NCBI GenBank assembly: GCA_001687465.1
Contig: LVLI01001199.1
Coordinates: forward strand, 1-50,030
Length of the DNA: 50,030 bases
Direction: 5' to 3'
DNA from: Halocafeteria seosinensis
Lineage: Eukaryota
Part shown: in pieces, positions 35,657 through 48,206 of the stretch
Layout of the letters: each line of letters opens with the position of its first letter
Position numbering within the stretch: the first letter of the stretch is position 1
Position numbers and translations under genes: made by a program
The notes under the pieces: generated by a model
Database searches by the model: none
Told to the model about the DNA's origin: nothing
Seen by the model: only the letters and a program-made list of their open reading frames with translations

Positions 35657-35753
35657 CTCGGCATAGCTCAGGGGTAGAGCGATGGACTGTAGAGGTATTG
35701 CAACAACACGGGCAGTGTTCCATTGGTCCCCGGTTCAAATCCGGGTGCCGAGA
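35657..35753 (+). tRNA. tRNA-Tyr (GTA) with ~25-nt intron (35693-35717)
   Basis: Acceptor stem ctcggca/tgccgag, D arm gctc/gagc, anticodon stem atgga/tccat with gta at 35689-35691, and T arm cccgg ttcaaat ccggg. A poly-T tract follows. Confidence 0.95.
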
Positions 35754-35762
35754 CTCCTCGGA

Positions 35763-35785
35763 TTTTTTTTTTTATTTTTTTTTTT
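35763..35785 (+). terminator. RNA polymerase III poly-T terminator
   Basis: T-run about 10 nt downstream of the tRNA. Confidence 0.75.
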
Positions 35786-36338
35786 ACAATATTTATTTCC
35801 TTCTTTTGTTTACCCCCTTCATGTTCATAAAATAAAGCAACTGTCAACGCGTAAGCTAAGTTAAACATTCGCTTAGTCAGCGTCATGTATGCGCGGTGTT
35901 GTACCAGGGTCCAGGAGTTGATGGGGTTCAACTTCACAACCGTGAAAAGCTGATTTTGGGGAATCTGACGCGAAACGAAAACAGTGCAGAACTATACAAC
36001 AAAATCCTCAATATTTACAAATGTAAGGGAGTTGCTTTCTTTCGTCGGAAACGGAATGGGAGTCCTGGACGTGACTTGCGGAAGCTGCGCAGTGCGCACG
36101 GCAACTTACTGTAGGGATGCACTGAAGGAGTATTTTGGCTTTTACGTCCGTGAATTTGGGCTAAAATGCATAAGGCGAGTGGAACCGGGCGGGCTCCGGG
36201 CCCGGTGTTGACATTTTTACAAGCACTACGTCAATTTACACTGATTATACCTCCAGGAATTACACCCTACAAGAATGATTCAGTAAAACTATACCACAAT
36301 GGTATGCAGTTGCTCTAGGGATTCATGATTCATGGTTT

Positions 36339-37638
36339 TCACTCCGAAAATACAGCCTCCGCTATTCCTGCAGCTGTCGGAGACGATGAGGAGGAGCTGT
36401 TTGCCTTCTTTTTCCCTTTTCCAGAACGCGAAGGAGTGTTCTCAGACTTTTGCAATTGGGCTAGGGGAAGACCAGTATTCTTTCCATTCACGCGCTCGCC
36501 GACGTGCTGAGAAAGCGTTTGTGAAATGTTGCTAGTTTCTCGACCAGTGTAGAGGCTGATAGCTTTCCCAATAGAGCTTTGCAGTTCGGAAAGTGTAACT
36601 GGTCTTTTCTCTTGCTTTTCGGCTCGACATTGTCCATTAAAATAGGACTGGACAACCTGTTCATGAGAGGTGGATTCACCATCCGCATCGTAAAGGAGTG
36701 TATCCATAGTCTTCTCCATCGTGTTCATTACTCGGATATAGACGATCGAAGCACCACAGTCGATACAAACAAGAAGTCCACATTGCCGGCGTGACGTAGG
36801 TTTGAAGGCTTGTACCCGATGCTCCCCGACATGTTGTGGTGTTCCGTAGTACGCATCGTAATCACTGACCTCGTCTCGGGACTGAATGTCTTCCAGTATT
36901 CTTGTATAGGAAGCTGTGTCCCTTTTCTGTCTTTTTTTGCTATTCGACGGATCACCAGAGTCGGATTCCTCTACAGGCGCCGTCTTCTTGCGTGGCTTTT
37001 TCGGTGCGGCACTACCGCTGTTGTTCTCACCGCTCTCAGATTCTTTCTTTGAGCGCTTTAATTTGCGCGAACGGGACTTGTGTTTTCGGCCTGAAGAAGA
37101 GTATTCCCCAACAGGGGAGGAGGACGACCCCTGAAGTAAAGATAAGGCTGCCGCGGCATTCAGATCGTTTTCACTGTTCTTGTCGTTGCCCTCCTGGAAA
37201 TCATCAAATCCAGGAATCGGTACACTGCTGGCACTAGTTTGACGAAATAACGTGCTTATACTAGACTCCCGTGCTATATCTGACGTTTGTGCATCATTAG
37301 AAACTGAAGCTCCTGTTCTTTCTGGCGAATAGTCTTCATTCCCTACGTAGCCAAATGCACCAAGGTCTACGGAGCCAAAGGTATCGGTGGATTCCTGGCG
37401 GTTTACCCCGCTTGAAGACATTCCTCCAACGTATTCCAAAGAGTATCCATTTGCTCCTGCACAGAGAGATAACGAAAAAAATACAAATCGGGATGAACAT
37501 AAATTGATCGCTCTAATCGGCAGCTCCTATACAAGGCGTTTGCGTGAGGAACATGGCCTCAGCTCGTCCTCTACTGGAGAAAATATGATATTTATTGAAC
37601 TTACCTTTGGGAGAACCTGGTTGATCTTCCGAAGCCAT
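36339..37638 (-). CDS. Hypothetical protein with H-CxxC-C domain (family member C); exons 37638-37605 and 37456-36339
   Basis: MASEDQPGSPK|GANGYSLEY joined in frame by a gtaagt..cag intron (37604-37457). Basic region KPRKK/KKRQKR and the shared C-terminal domain. Confidence 0.8.
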
Positions 37639-38315
37639 TGTATCACGTTAAATGAAGGTTCGTCTTCTTTGTGTTGGCGGCCGATGGCAATTGACGGAGC
37701 AGAAATAGGGCTCCGAAAGGAGATCTTGGTTGGAATATCTCACCAAGGAAGGGAAAAGCGTGTATTTTGAACGAAAAAGAGAAGGGAAAAGCTCGTACAG
37801 TTCCTTCTCGTGTAGACTGTGTCGGTGGTAATTGTATATCGCAAGTGACTGCCTGGTTTTCTTACAAGATTTCGGTCGTGAAGCACTTTGTGGAGCATGT
37901 TCACAATCACATTGTATATCATGTGAATGTGTGCTCCACATGTGAATGAGAGCCAAAGCAAAATTACAAAAAAGCTCTTGAGGGAAAAATAAGGGGAGGA
38001 GGGGCTAGCAGGGCAACGGCTAGCGTTCCCCTCAGCGCAGGAGGTTGAAGTTGCCGCCAAGTCCGGAGGACAGGTTGAAGTTGGCAGTGACTCGAAACTT
38101 TCGAGTCGAAAGGCTCCATTATAGCGACAGAACTAGTCCTACTAAGGCAATGTTTGCGGGACTAGTTTTAATTCATTGCTCCCTTGATTCTTCTTGGTTC
38201 TATTACCGCGAGGGGGCCTCCGAACAGAGGCTTAAACGCTAAACGGCCGGAAGCCGCCTACACATTTGAATTCCAAGCCATAGTAACCCGGTCTCACTTG
38301 GGCCCACATTTAACG

Positions 38316-40773
38316 ATGGAAAACTATAATCATCTGGACACTTACTGCCCATCCCAAGGACCCCTACCCATCGACCAGTTTGAGTTTTCCTCCCAAGAGG
38401 ACACTTCTGAGTCCCGGGCGGCAAATGGAAGTACTTCGGAGGTGCACGCGGATACAAGCACATTCGAAGAAGTGCCGACGTCTTCCAGCTTTGAGACGCT
38501 CGACATGGATTTTCTCTCCCAAACCCAACGAAATGGTACAGAAAACACAAAAGATACAGATGCATTGGATGAGGACGATGAGCATGGAACTCCTCTCTCC
38601 CAGCTACGTGGAGTCGGAGCAGAAGCTGAACGTGTGGACGATGACGTCCAGATCATAGACAATGGCACTCATCAAAGCACATCTCACGAAAAAGGCTCCT
38701 CAGTTGGTGCCTCTGCGGTCCTAATGCAGAATGCCCGAATGTTAAACCAGAAACAAAGAACAGAGTATGTGGCTAACCTCAGAAGACCCAGCAGGTTCGA
38801 CCATCATCGATGTCCCTTTTTCAAGAAAATCCCCAAGACCGATTTCATTGTGGATGGCTTCCAATGGGCATCGCCTCGGTTGAGTCGGAACTACTTTTTG
38901 ACTCATTTCCACGCGGGTAAGTACTCGAACAGCCCGTAGAATTGAAAACCCGCTCGAACATGGAGGAACTTCTTGTTACACTGCATCCACAGATCACTAC
39001 GTCGGTCTCAACAGAAGTTTCAACTATGGAACAATTTATTGCTCAATAACAACTGCTCGATTGGCACATAAGCGGCTAGGAATTCCCTGGAGGTTCTTCA
39101 AGCCGCTCCCAAAGAATTCGTTTGTCGAAATCAACCACACCAGAGTTGCTGCAATTGATGCAAACCATTGTCCTGGAGCAGTTATGTTCCTCTTTGTGCT
39201 TCCGGACGGATGCTCCTATCTGCATGTTGGTAAGTATCGGGTCGGCAGGTTATACCTGTGTAGCAGTCGCCTATGACATGACTTTTATTTTATTTCTTCA
39301 CTCTCTTCTTGAAGGTGATTTTCGCTGGCACGAGAAGATGAAACAGAACGAATTGCTTAGGCAATATAGTCGATTCTCCACTGCGAAGTTTAAGGGACTT
39401 TTCCTGGACACGACGTACTGCAAACCTCAGTATAACTTTCCCCTTCAGAAAGAGTCAAGTAAGCAATATGGCGCCCTACGGTTTCTGAGGAAACAATTAC
39501 ACAATACTGGACAACGATGTGGTGCAGTTGACGCAGTCTTGGAGCTAGTAAAGAAGTATGCCGATGATAGTGGTGTATTATTTGTTTTCGGAAGGTAGGC
39601 AGTAAATACCCCACTCGAAAAAACAAATTCGGTTCGCGTCATAACTCTTTCCGCATCCAGCTACTCGATTGGAAAGGAGAGGCCCTGGATCAAGGCCGCC
39701 CAATTACTGAATTCACCGGTACGTGACGAATTGGGATCAAGCGTTAAGTTTTCTTCGGGTAGCACTTCGGCGAAGGTATTTTTCTCCAGGTCTACGTGAA
39801 CAACCGACGGCTAGAAAGTCTCCACTGCTATGAAGAGCTGCCAAACGAAGTTAGACAAAATCTAACAACCGATCCGGAAAAGTCCAGAGTGCACGTGATT
39901 CCAATGCAGCAACTGAGTTTAGTGCGTTTGGCCCCCATGCTCCAGAGATTCCGCAAGCAGTATCAGGAGTCTACCAACGACAGCTCTGAATCCATCAGCA
40001 CTCCAACATATCAAGGAAACGACGTTACCAGGCGCGTAACTGGTATTGACAAGTTCTTTGGAGGCTCCAATAGTTCCAAGAAGAACAGACGGAAGCATAA
40101 AGAGAAGAATTTAGCGGCACAATTCGCCAAGCTGAGAGAATTATCAGCTGACAAGCCTCTAGAAGAGGCTTCACGTGGCAACTGCACTCTCGATTCGGCA
40201 TCATTTACATCGTTCAGTGCTAATGCGCTGAAGTCCTACAAATCTGACAGATACCCTGGTTTTCATTCCATGGTAGCGTTTCGACCAACGGGATGGATAT
40301 GGGATGCTGTTGATACAGAAAATAGCGGTAACAATCCGGAAGAGGGTGTCACAGAGAAACGCAGCTCTCCATTGATATACGTTACCACATCCTTTGGGAC
40401 CTCTATTCCAGTATCTGTCTCTAAGCGCAGTGGTGGCGCCAAGCTAGCAACGGAATCGAACCAACCTAACGAGGAAGATCTTGCTCCGACTCAAATGCGA
40501 CAGACTCAGCAACAGACACAGGCACTTGAGGACACCACCAACGTAAGAAGGAAGCGGAGGCGTCGCGAAAAGCAGTCAACTGGTGGGCAGAGCGCCGCTA
40601 TCAAGGGTGGTATCACACTGTACGGCATACCGTACAGCGAGCATTCGTCATTCCCCGAACTCCGCGATTGTGTCGATTTCTTTCAACCTGAAAACATCAT
40701 ACCAACTGTCAATTGTCAAACTGCAGAAGATGCCAACAACACCGTTCATCTTCTAAGAGGAATGCATGTCTAG
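38316..40773 (+). CDS. SNM1: DNA cross-link repair nuclease SNM1/Pso2 (MBL-beta-CASP), multi-exon
   Basis: CPFFKKIP..FIVDGF, YFLTHFHA|DHYVGL, DANHCPGAVMFLF, YLHV|GDFR, LDTTYC, YSIGKER, FRPTGW, IPYSEHSSFPEL and IIPTVN. Confidence 0.93.
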
Positions 40774-41790
40774 CTAATGATACGTTAGAGTAATGCGCGT
40801 GCTTGATTGATCGTCACTCTCCTTCACGGTGTATCCTGCGACGGACATGATACCCTTAGAAGTCTCGCCAAGGATACCGTCACTGCCAACTGAGTCCTGT
40901 CCTCGTCAAAACACAGTAAAAGTTGATATTATGGTATGGTATGTTTGTGTGTAGCTGAACTGTGGACGTACCATATCCAATGTAAGATGGACCTCCGAAA
41001 ATGCTTCGATCCGGCGTTGTTCCTTGAATCCTAAACTCTGAAACAGCTGAATGGATCCTTCATTACTTTCATTGATCTTAACTACGAATTGCTTTGTCTG
41101 TAAGTAGTCTACGGCGAACCATATCATCAGAATGCACGCTTCGCGTGCAATACCCTTGCGACGACTGTCCTCTCGGGCAGTCATCACCATCAGCTCCGCC
41201 GTCTCGTACCCGTCTCCCTCGAAAAACATGTTAATATCTCCAGCCATGGCTGTATAAACGTAAGTGTAGTGTGACAATAGATGCCTGTATGCTTATATGG
41301 CATAACTACTCGCATTAGTACCTCGGATTTCATCATCGGGGCTCATGGTGAGCATTCCACATTGCTTATGCTGGTCCATGTCTCCGTCAAGAATGATGAA
41401 AGTGCATTCTGTTCATAGCAAGTAACACATGTGAAATGTAAGACGGCAGAATTATTCTTCAAATCGTGAACGTCTCACTATCTTTATCCTCTCTCCACGA
41501 CTTTTGCATGTCGTACTCTTCTCGTAAACTCAAAGGCTCCGACCCCGTCATTTCTGAGTAGTCCACGTCGTCGATATCTTACACGATCCACCGATGCATC
41601 CCCGTGCACACGTACCTCGTAGCCAAGGATCCTGCATCCAGGCATGGTATTTTTCGACATGCCATGGTTGATATGGGACCAACCGGCATTTGTCGCCGCT
41701 CTGCGACGTCAAAGAGTGAGCTACCAAAGAGATGGAGAAGGAAAAAATCCGTATCCAACTTACAAGAGTGAGGGTCTCGTTGATTCGCAT
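40774..41790 (-). CDS. NAT9: N-acetyltransferase 9-like GNAT, multi-exon
   Basis: MRINE...LVPYQPWHVEKYHAWMQDP, TGSEPLSLREEYDMQKSWRED, KCTFII, MAGDINMF, AELMVM..RRKG and SIQLFQSLGF..FSEV. The last exon acceptor, and therefore the 3' end, is uncertain. Confidence 0.9.
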
Positions 41791-42004
41791 CGCGCACTAG
41801 CTTATTGACTAATGGCATCAACACGCCTAGTATGCACAGGACAGTACTGTCAGTAGCAGGTATCGAAATCATTCTTAATGTCGTGAGCTTCACAGATCTA
41901 CAGCAAGTTTGCTTGCGCTGGATGGAGTGTATTGTTGTTGTTGGCAATCACGCGGAGAAAAGAGCACTCCTACGGTCAGCAGCAGCTGCCAATTGCTTTT
42001 GACT

Positions 42005-45000
42005 ATGCCGAAAAAGAGGCTAAAGACTCGACAGGACCAGACTTCCGAACACCATGGTAAGGGGTTGAATGTGAAAAGTGCCACGAGGGCAGAGAATCCT
42101 CGACGAGAGCTCTTGCTTCAGCAGTTTGATGCTATCCAGACGTCCATGTACGTGCATACAACCATCGCCAAACTTTGCCGCTGCCAACACTGCTGATGAG
42201 TTTCATGTGCAGTGGATTTCTTTCCAAGAAGAATTCGCCCTGCTCGCTTGCCTCAATTCTCCAAGTGGCCAATGGAATACTCGACCAATACAGTCAGCGA
42301 TTCGCCAGAGTAAGCTTTTGAATGGTTCTTATGTCAAATGTAATCTACTTCATGAGAATGGTACCGGAAATTCCAGCATGACAAACACGTAGGAGACACA
42401 GAAGACAGTTCTCCAGGAACGAGACTCGATCGGGAATCGTTTTTTAGAATTGTCGACGTATGCCCTGGGCTTTTTCAGTTTTTTGTGGGAGGTGCCTTAT
42501 GTCACATTCACGACATATCCGGGGAGACTACCGCAGAAGAAATTACCGTGCTCCTGGATCCTCAAGGTGTGAGCAAACAGAAGGCTGCCAAAAGGAAGCG
42601 ATCGTTTACCCGACAGCTCGAAAACTGCGCTGGAAGCAATTGTAAAGAAGGTCTTTGCCGCGAAGTTGCTAGATGTAGCGGTACCGCTTTGAGGAGTGCC
42701 CGATCACACAGTGGTGATTGTGCCGGCGTTGTCGAAGAGGACAGTCGTATAGACTTGCAAGCAACTACCGAAGATTCGAAGCTAGAGGTAACTGCTGCTT
42801 CTTTTGAGAATATCGAAGAATACTTGAAATCTTCTTCTCGCAACTATCAGGATCAGATAGCGCATGTGGAATATTACGGAGCGCATACAGCAATAGCTTG
42901 TGAAATTCCCTCGAGTGTTGGACGTCTGGGGCGACAACTACTGGAGGCTAAAGGCATCACATCATTGTACAAGCATCAGTGGAATGGAATTGACGGGGCT
43001 TTACGAGGAAAGCACGTTGTTATGAGTACATCCACGTCCAGCGGAAAAAGTTTAGTGTACGCCCTACCAATACTCACCAGCCTGCTTGAGGACCCATTCT
43101 CGGTAGCGCTCTGCTTGTTCCCGACCAAAGCCCTTGCCCAAGACCAGTTTCGGTCATTCAAGGAATTCACCCAAATAGATGACCCTGCAGCAAACTCTAT
43201 TGTTCCAGCTTGCCTTGATGGAGACACGCAGTGGTCGGAGAGGAAACAAATTAGAAAGAATGCGAATCTAATTTTGTCAAATCCGGATATATTCCATTGC
43301 TCTGTCCTGCCTTATCATTCAAGCTGGAAACGAATCCTGTCGAAGTTACGATATGTGGTGATTGACGAGGCTCATTCTTATACAGGCATATTTGGCGCTC
43401 ATGTTGCCTACGTTATGCGCCGGTTGCTACGGCTCTGTAACTTGTATGGAAGTGAACCACAGTTTTTCTGCTGCTCGGCGACGATTGGGAATCCTGTAGA
43501 GCATTTTAAATCCCTTATTCCTCAGGATGGAGAAGGTTCCGGGAACTCGATGAAGGTAAGGGGGCTTGTCTCTATTTCGGAAGATGCTAGTCCCGTTGGC
43601 AGGAAAAAGTTCATTGTTTGGAATCCTCCGCTCCTGCTGGAAACAATAACTCATGGTACTGGCTCTGTTCGGAGCATCTCTGTCAATGATAATTCGCCAG
43701 AAGTGAAACAACAACGCACGAAGACCCCGACACCTAATAAAGAATCCAATGATGATAGGGTAGCGGAAAAACATGCTCAGCATAGGGAAAAGGATTCATC
43801 GAAAGAAAAGAATTTATATTGTCACGAAAGCGACCTCTGCATGTCGAAAGATGACGGTATTGCTGGGTTTATGGCGTCACCAAGTGAGGCCACTAAAGAC
43901 ATGCTCCGACGAGCATCTGTTCAAAGTAGAAAGTGTGTTGTCATAGATCTAAAGCACCTCTGCTGTACTCCTAAATTGGGTCTGTCCGATATTGCAGATC
44001 CCCAATCGTGGAAGCCGCGGAACTCTTCAGCAACCTCGTGAGAGGGGGATTGAGAACGATTGTATTTTCTAAAGTGAGGACAGTTGCAGAGCTACTACTT
44101 CAGTATTCTATCGAAAATTTGGAGAGACACGATGCCACACTAGTGCCTCTCATCAAAGCCTACAGGGGAGGCTACCTAAGAGATCACCGGCGAGCTATTG
44201 AGAAGGAACTTTTTTCTGGCAACCTCTTAGGTGTTGTCGCTACTAGTGCGCTTGAACTAGGTGTAGACATTGGTACGTAAATGGTTTTCCCCGTGCAACA
44301 ATACCTGCAAGCTGCTGTGACGAAATGTCCCCTCCTCAGGTTCTTTAGACGCTGCAATCCTCTTAGGCTATCCGAACTCAACCTCCTCGCTTTGGCAACA
44401 AGCAGGAAGAGCAGGACGTCGTGGAAAGGATGCCGTAATAATCCTGGTAGCTTATGATTCGCCGATAGACCAGTATTTTGTGAAAAATCCAAAGTAAGTA
44501 ATGGTGTACGACTACATGAGGCTTCAACTTCTGACATGCACTATATTTTTCTTTTTCTGCAGGAGTATGCTACGCCGTTCTCCGGAAGATGTGGTGCTGA
44601 ATGTCAATAATGCCTCGGTGATGCGCCAACACGTTCTTTGTGCTGCGGTAGAAAGCCCATTAGTTCCCGCTGACACGGCGTATTTTAGTGCAAAACTGGG
44701 GAGTGTTGTCAGGGATTTAAGGGAAAATCGCATGCTCGAGGCTGAGCGGGTGTCGTCGAACGATGATTCCGGGTGCAGCGCTTGGAAAGCAGCAGGATGG
44801 GTGGCATGTCCGGGTAAGTGCCATGTAACAGTTTGCAAGAAACTAGCTAAAACTCACTCAACCCCCGCAACACAGCTTCTAAGCTGTCCCTCAGATCGAT
44901 AGATAACGTTGTCTACAAAGTTCTCGATATCAGCCAGGACTACCAGTGCATCGACGAGATTGAAGAGAGTAGAGCATATTTTCAGGTGAGGTTTCCGATT

Positions 45001-46091
45001 GGCCACAATGAAGGGCACACAGTATTGGGATCTTCTTTGTACAGATCCACCATGGGGCTGTTTACATGAATCAAGGACGAACGTATCGAGTCACTAAACT
45101 AGATGTCAATGTCAGTATTAGTACTGGGTAGTCCTACTATGTTTTGCTTCGTTCCTAGATCAATCTATTGGTTGTTGCAGACACAAGAAGCTTGGGTAGC
45201 ACCTTGCAACGTAAACTACTACACGAGGTCGCGAGATCATACGAACGTCCAAGTCTTGAAGCGTATACGCTCCTCGTCGACCGGACGTACGCACTTTGGC
45301 CCAGTTCAAGTAAGAACCGTCTATCGGAGCTCCATTCGGTTACAATGAACCCGCTTGATGCAATGCTTTAGCATTGTTGCAGGTGGAGACATGGGTCTAT
45401 GGATATCGGAAGATTTTGAAGCAAACGGGAAAAGCCTTCGAGCTCGTCGATCTTACGCTGCCTCCTATCGAATGCTATTCATACGGGGTATGGACGGACG
45501 TGACTCTGAAAACCAAGAAATACTTAGACTCAGTGGGGCTGGATTTTTTGGGAGGGTGTCATGCAGCGTCGCATGCCGTAAGGATTCATACTTTCTCTTC
45601 TTGTGGATGTTTGATACCCAGCTCTAGGGATGCAGGTTATTTCGGTTGTCCCGCTGTACATCTCTTGTGACAAGAGCGATTTAGGAACTGAGTGTCCCTA
45701 TCCTTTTCAAGAACGGTAAGACAAGGATCCCTGCATGTTTGGTTGGATTTTCCACAACAGTCTCTTACTTAATTGGCAGAGCACGCCCTGTACGATTTAT
45801 TGTATACGATAGCCGCCCAGGTGGTGTAGGGATTGCTGACTCAATCTATCGACGAGCCAGTCAGATTTACAAGGAAGCACTTAATCTTATAGAGAGCTGT
45901 GAGTGTGAGAACGTGAGTAATCGCCCTGGAATGATTTCTAGTGTCATCCCGCAATACCCTGAGCATGTTCCCGGATACAGGGCTGCCCTGCTTGTGTTCA
46001 TGACGAACAATGCTCGGAATACAACTATGTAATGGACAAAAGAGCTGCTTGCGTCATTCTACGTGAGGCCGTACAAGGGAAGCATGCTTGA
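42005..46091 (+). CDS. HRQ1: Hrq1/RecQ4-like (SftH/MrfA) DEAH helicase with C-terminal DUF1998 Zn domain, multi-exon
   Basis: LYKHQ, TSTSSGKSL, PTKALAQDQ, DGDT, NPD, DEAH, SATIGNP, AYRGGY, ATSALELGVDIG, QQAGRAGR and C-terminal CEC..GCPACV...CSEYN. Confidence 0.93.
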
Positions 46092-46097
46092 CAGGAA

Positions 46098-47099
46098 TTA
46101 GTGCTCGAGTTCAATGGTAAGTGGTGTGAACCCTCGCGATTCCATATCCTTGTCTAAGTCCTCAGTGCGTTCGCTTTCAGTGCGTACCCTCGTAGAAAGA
46201 TCTTTGTAGATATCATCTAATTGAGAAAAGACTTCTTCTCGCTTTTGCCTGTGTGTGTCTACCTGTTGTGGACAGGCGCATTCGTATGGGACTTACAGAG
46301 CAACCACACTCGGAACAAGATCTTACCATTCTCGTCCAGAACTCCTCCACAGCCTCAGGGTCCATAACGGGAAATTCGTCAATTGCAAAAGACTTGGCTC
46401 CATCATCTAGTGCTTCCATGACTATAATCTCGTGCATTGTAGAAGGGATTCCTCCAAGTAAATACGGGCTCTCTAACTCGACTTGAAGGAAAGTATTCAT
46501 ATGGTACACTCCTTTCTGCATGACATATCATCCACTCCTAGTCTCATGCTTCACATGCACGTGCGTAGACAATACTTGAGTGGTTTACCTGCTTCGCCGC
46601 TGCTAGAATTCTCTTCAGAGTCAGGGTTTCGTATATTCCAGATTCGGAGAGCCCTTGTAGATGGCGCAATGCCCACTGTTTATCGCCAGTGATACGCAGG
46701 AGATAAAGTACAAGAAATCGCAATGCTCGGTCAAGCAAACAATTGTATAGGTCATCTTACCTGCGCCTCGTTGATGATAATTGGGTCATTGATTCTCTTC
46801 TGTACCCGGGGACCAAGTTCTTCTTGATGCTGCTGCTGCTCTTGCGTATGCATCCCTGCAGGGAATTTCTCTCGCTTGTGTGCATGCCCATGATGCATTC
46901 CATGTCTATCCACATCTGATTGGCCTCGTGATTGCTGCATAATGTTAGCATGCTTCTGTGTGCCTTGGACGACGTCCGAGGCTGGCCCCGTCCTATGATG
47001 GTTACCTTGTATTGCTCCCTCCGGCGTATGTGTACAGCTAAGCAAAATCGCTGACATTGTTACTAGTACGCATATGTCTCTGTTTTTCAGTATACTCAT
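46098..47099 (-). CDS. Hypothetical protein with predicted signal peptide, multi-exon
   Basis: Hydrophobic N-terminus (ICVLVTMSAILLSC) and His-rich linker. Spliced globular region LQGLSESGIYETLTL...YHMNTFLQVELESP...FAIDEFPVM..AVEEFWTRM|VDTHRQKRE with canonical introns. Confidence 0.7.
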
Positions 47100-47539
47100 G
47101 GTTTTAAGTGCTGTGGAATCATGTATGTGGCTGAAAGAAGTCCCCCTCCCTGTAGGACCCGTTGCCTTTCCCATTGCAGCAGATACACTACACTGTAGTC
47201 TTTCTGGTAACAACAGTCAATACATATACTGTAGCTCGCTTATTAATAAAACGACCCGAGGCAGACAATCAAATCTGTACAATACCAATAACTATACCGA
47301 GATTAATGCACAAGACGCGGGCAAGAAGATGGACATTCAGAAAGCGGAGTGGAATCTGCCGGTTGTATATGGGTTGTATTGCACTTGTATGGCCATCATA
47401 GAGAAGCACCTACTGTACATTCAGTGAGAAAATATACAACCTAAGAAGCCGTGGGCATTGCACTTACAGTGTCGTACTGTACAACACCAGTACAAGTTTT
47501 GAAAGTTGTTGTTCATCATTCATCAAGATGTACCGGCTC

Positions 47540-47882
47540 CACATCAATGGGAATCTTGGGGCAGGCCAAGCTAGTGAGATCAGCGTGTTCCAAGTTGTGG
47601 ACAGCCAAGCAAGCAGAGAATGCCAAACTGAGGAAGTATGCCCATCTGAAGGAGTATGATCGCGAGATCATCCCTCTCGCTGTGGAGGCCACTGGAGGCT
47701 TTGGAGGTGGGGTTGCGTTATTGAAGCGGTTGTCGAGACTGCATGTCACGAGGCTGGCGTGTGCAGGTGAACGGAAGAACTTTCGAAAATTGGTGACTGC
47801 CAAGATTTCGGTTTGTCTGATGCGAGAGAATGTACACATGATAGATCATTTCTTGGGGAATCTTGGGTCACTAGGAGAGTAA
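47540..47882 (+). mobile_element. 3' end of RLE-type non-LTR retrotransposon ORF (CRE-like)
   Basis: AKQAENAKLRKY...IIPLAVEATGGFG...LLKRLS...KISVCLMRENVHMI* matches the C-terminal restriction-like endonuclease region of CRE/R2-group elements. Confidence 0.8.
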
Positions 47883-47901
47883 TTTTAGGTATTCATTTTT
47901 C

Positions 47902-48107
47902 CACACACAAATGTGACAGATAGCCCACCGGCCGGGAAGTTGACCGCATCCTCTTAGCGAGGAGCGGTATGCGCCCGTATTAAGCAGCGACGGGCCCGCT
48001 GTTCCTGCAGCCTTGCTGACATGCGCCGTGAGGGAACACAACACTGGTTATGCTCAGGAGGGGAGCCATGCCTCCGCCCACAATGTCAGAGGTACCGACA
48101 ACGCTCA
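47902..48107 (+). repeat. Dispersed ~210-bp repeat, copy 2
   Basis: Near-identical to 1391-1607; starts about 20 bp after the stop of the RLE fragment. Confidence 0.95.
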
Positions 48108-48206
48108 TTTTTCCTCAATCTTTGTAAGAGTAAATACAATACACAGGCCAAGCAAGTGCCTTAGAGCTTTCGCGTACTCGGTTGGGGTAAAAGTTTGTTT
48201 GTGCAT

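Noticed and set aside
35695..35715. Spliceosomal-type GT..AG segment inside the tRNA intron
   Set aside because: Removing it does not yield a 7-nt anticodon loop; the canonical 37/38 tRNA intron fits better.
1391..48107. A 46.7-kb giant element or provirus bounded by ~210-bp direct repeats
   Set aside because: The interior is ordinary intron-containing housekeeping genes, with no integrase, capsid or transposase and no TSD outside the repeats. Independent insertions in repeat-rich flanks are the simpler explanation.
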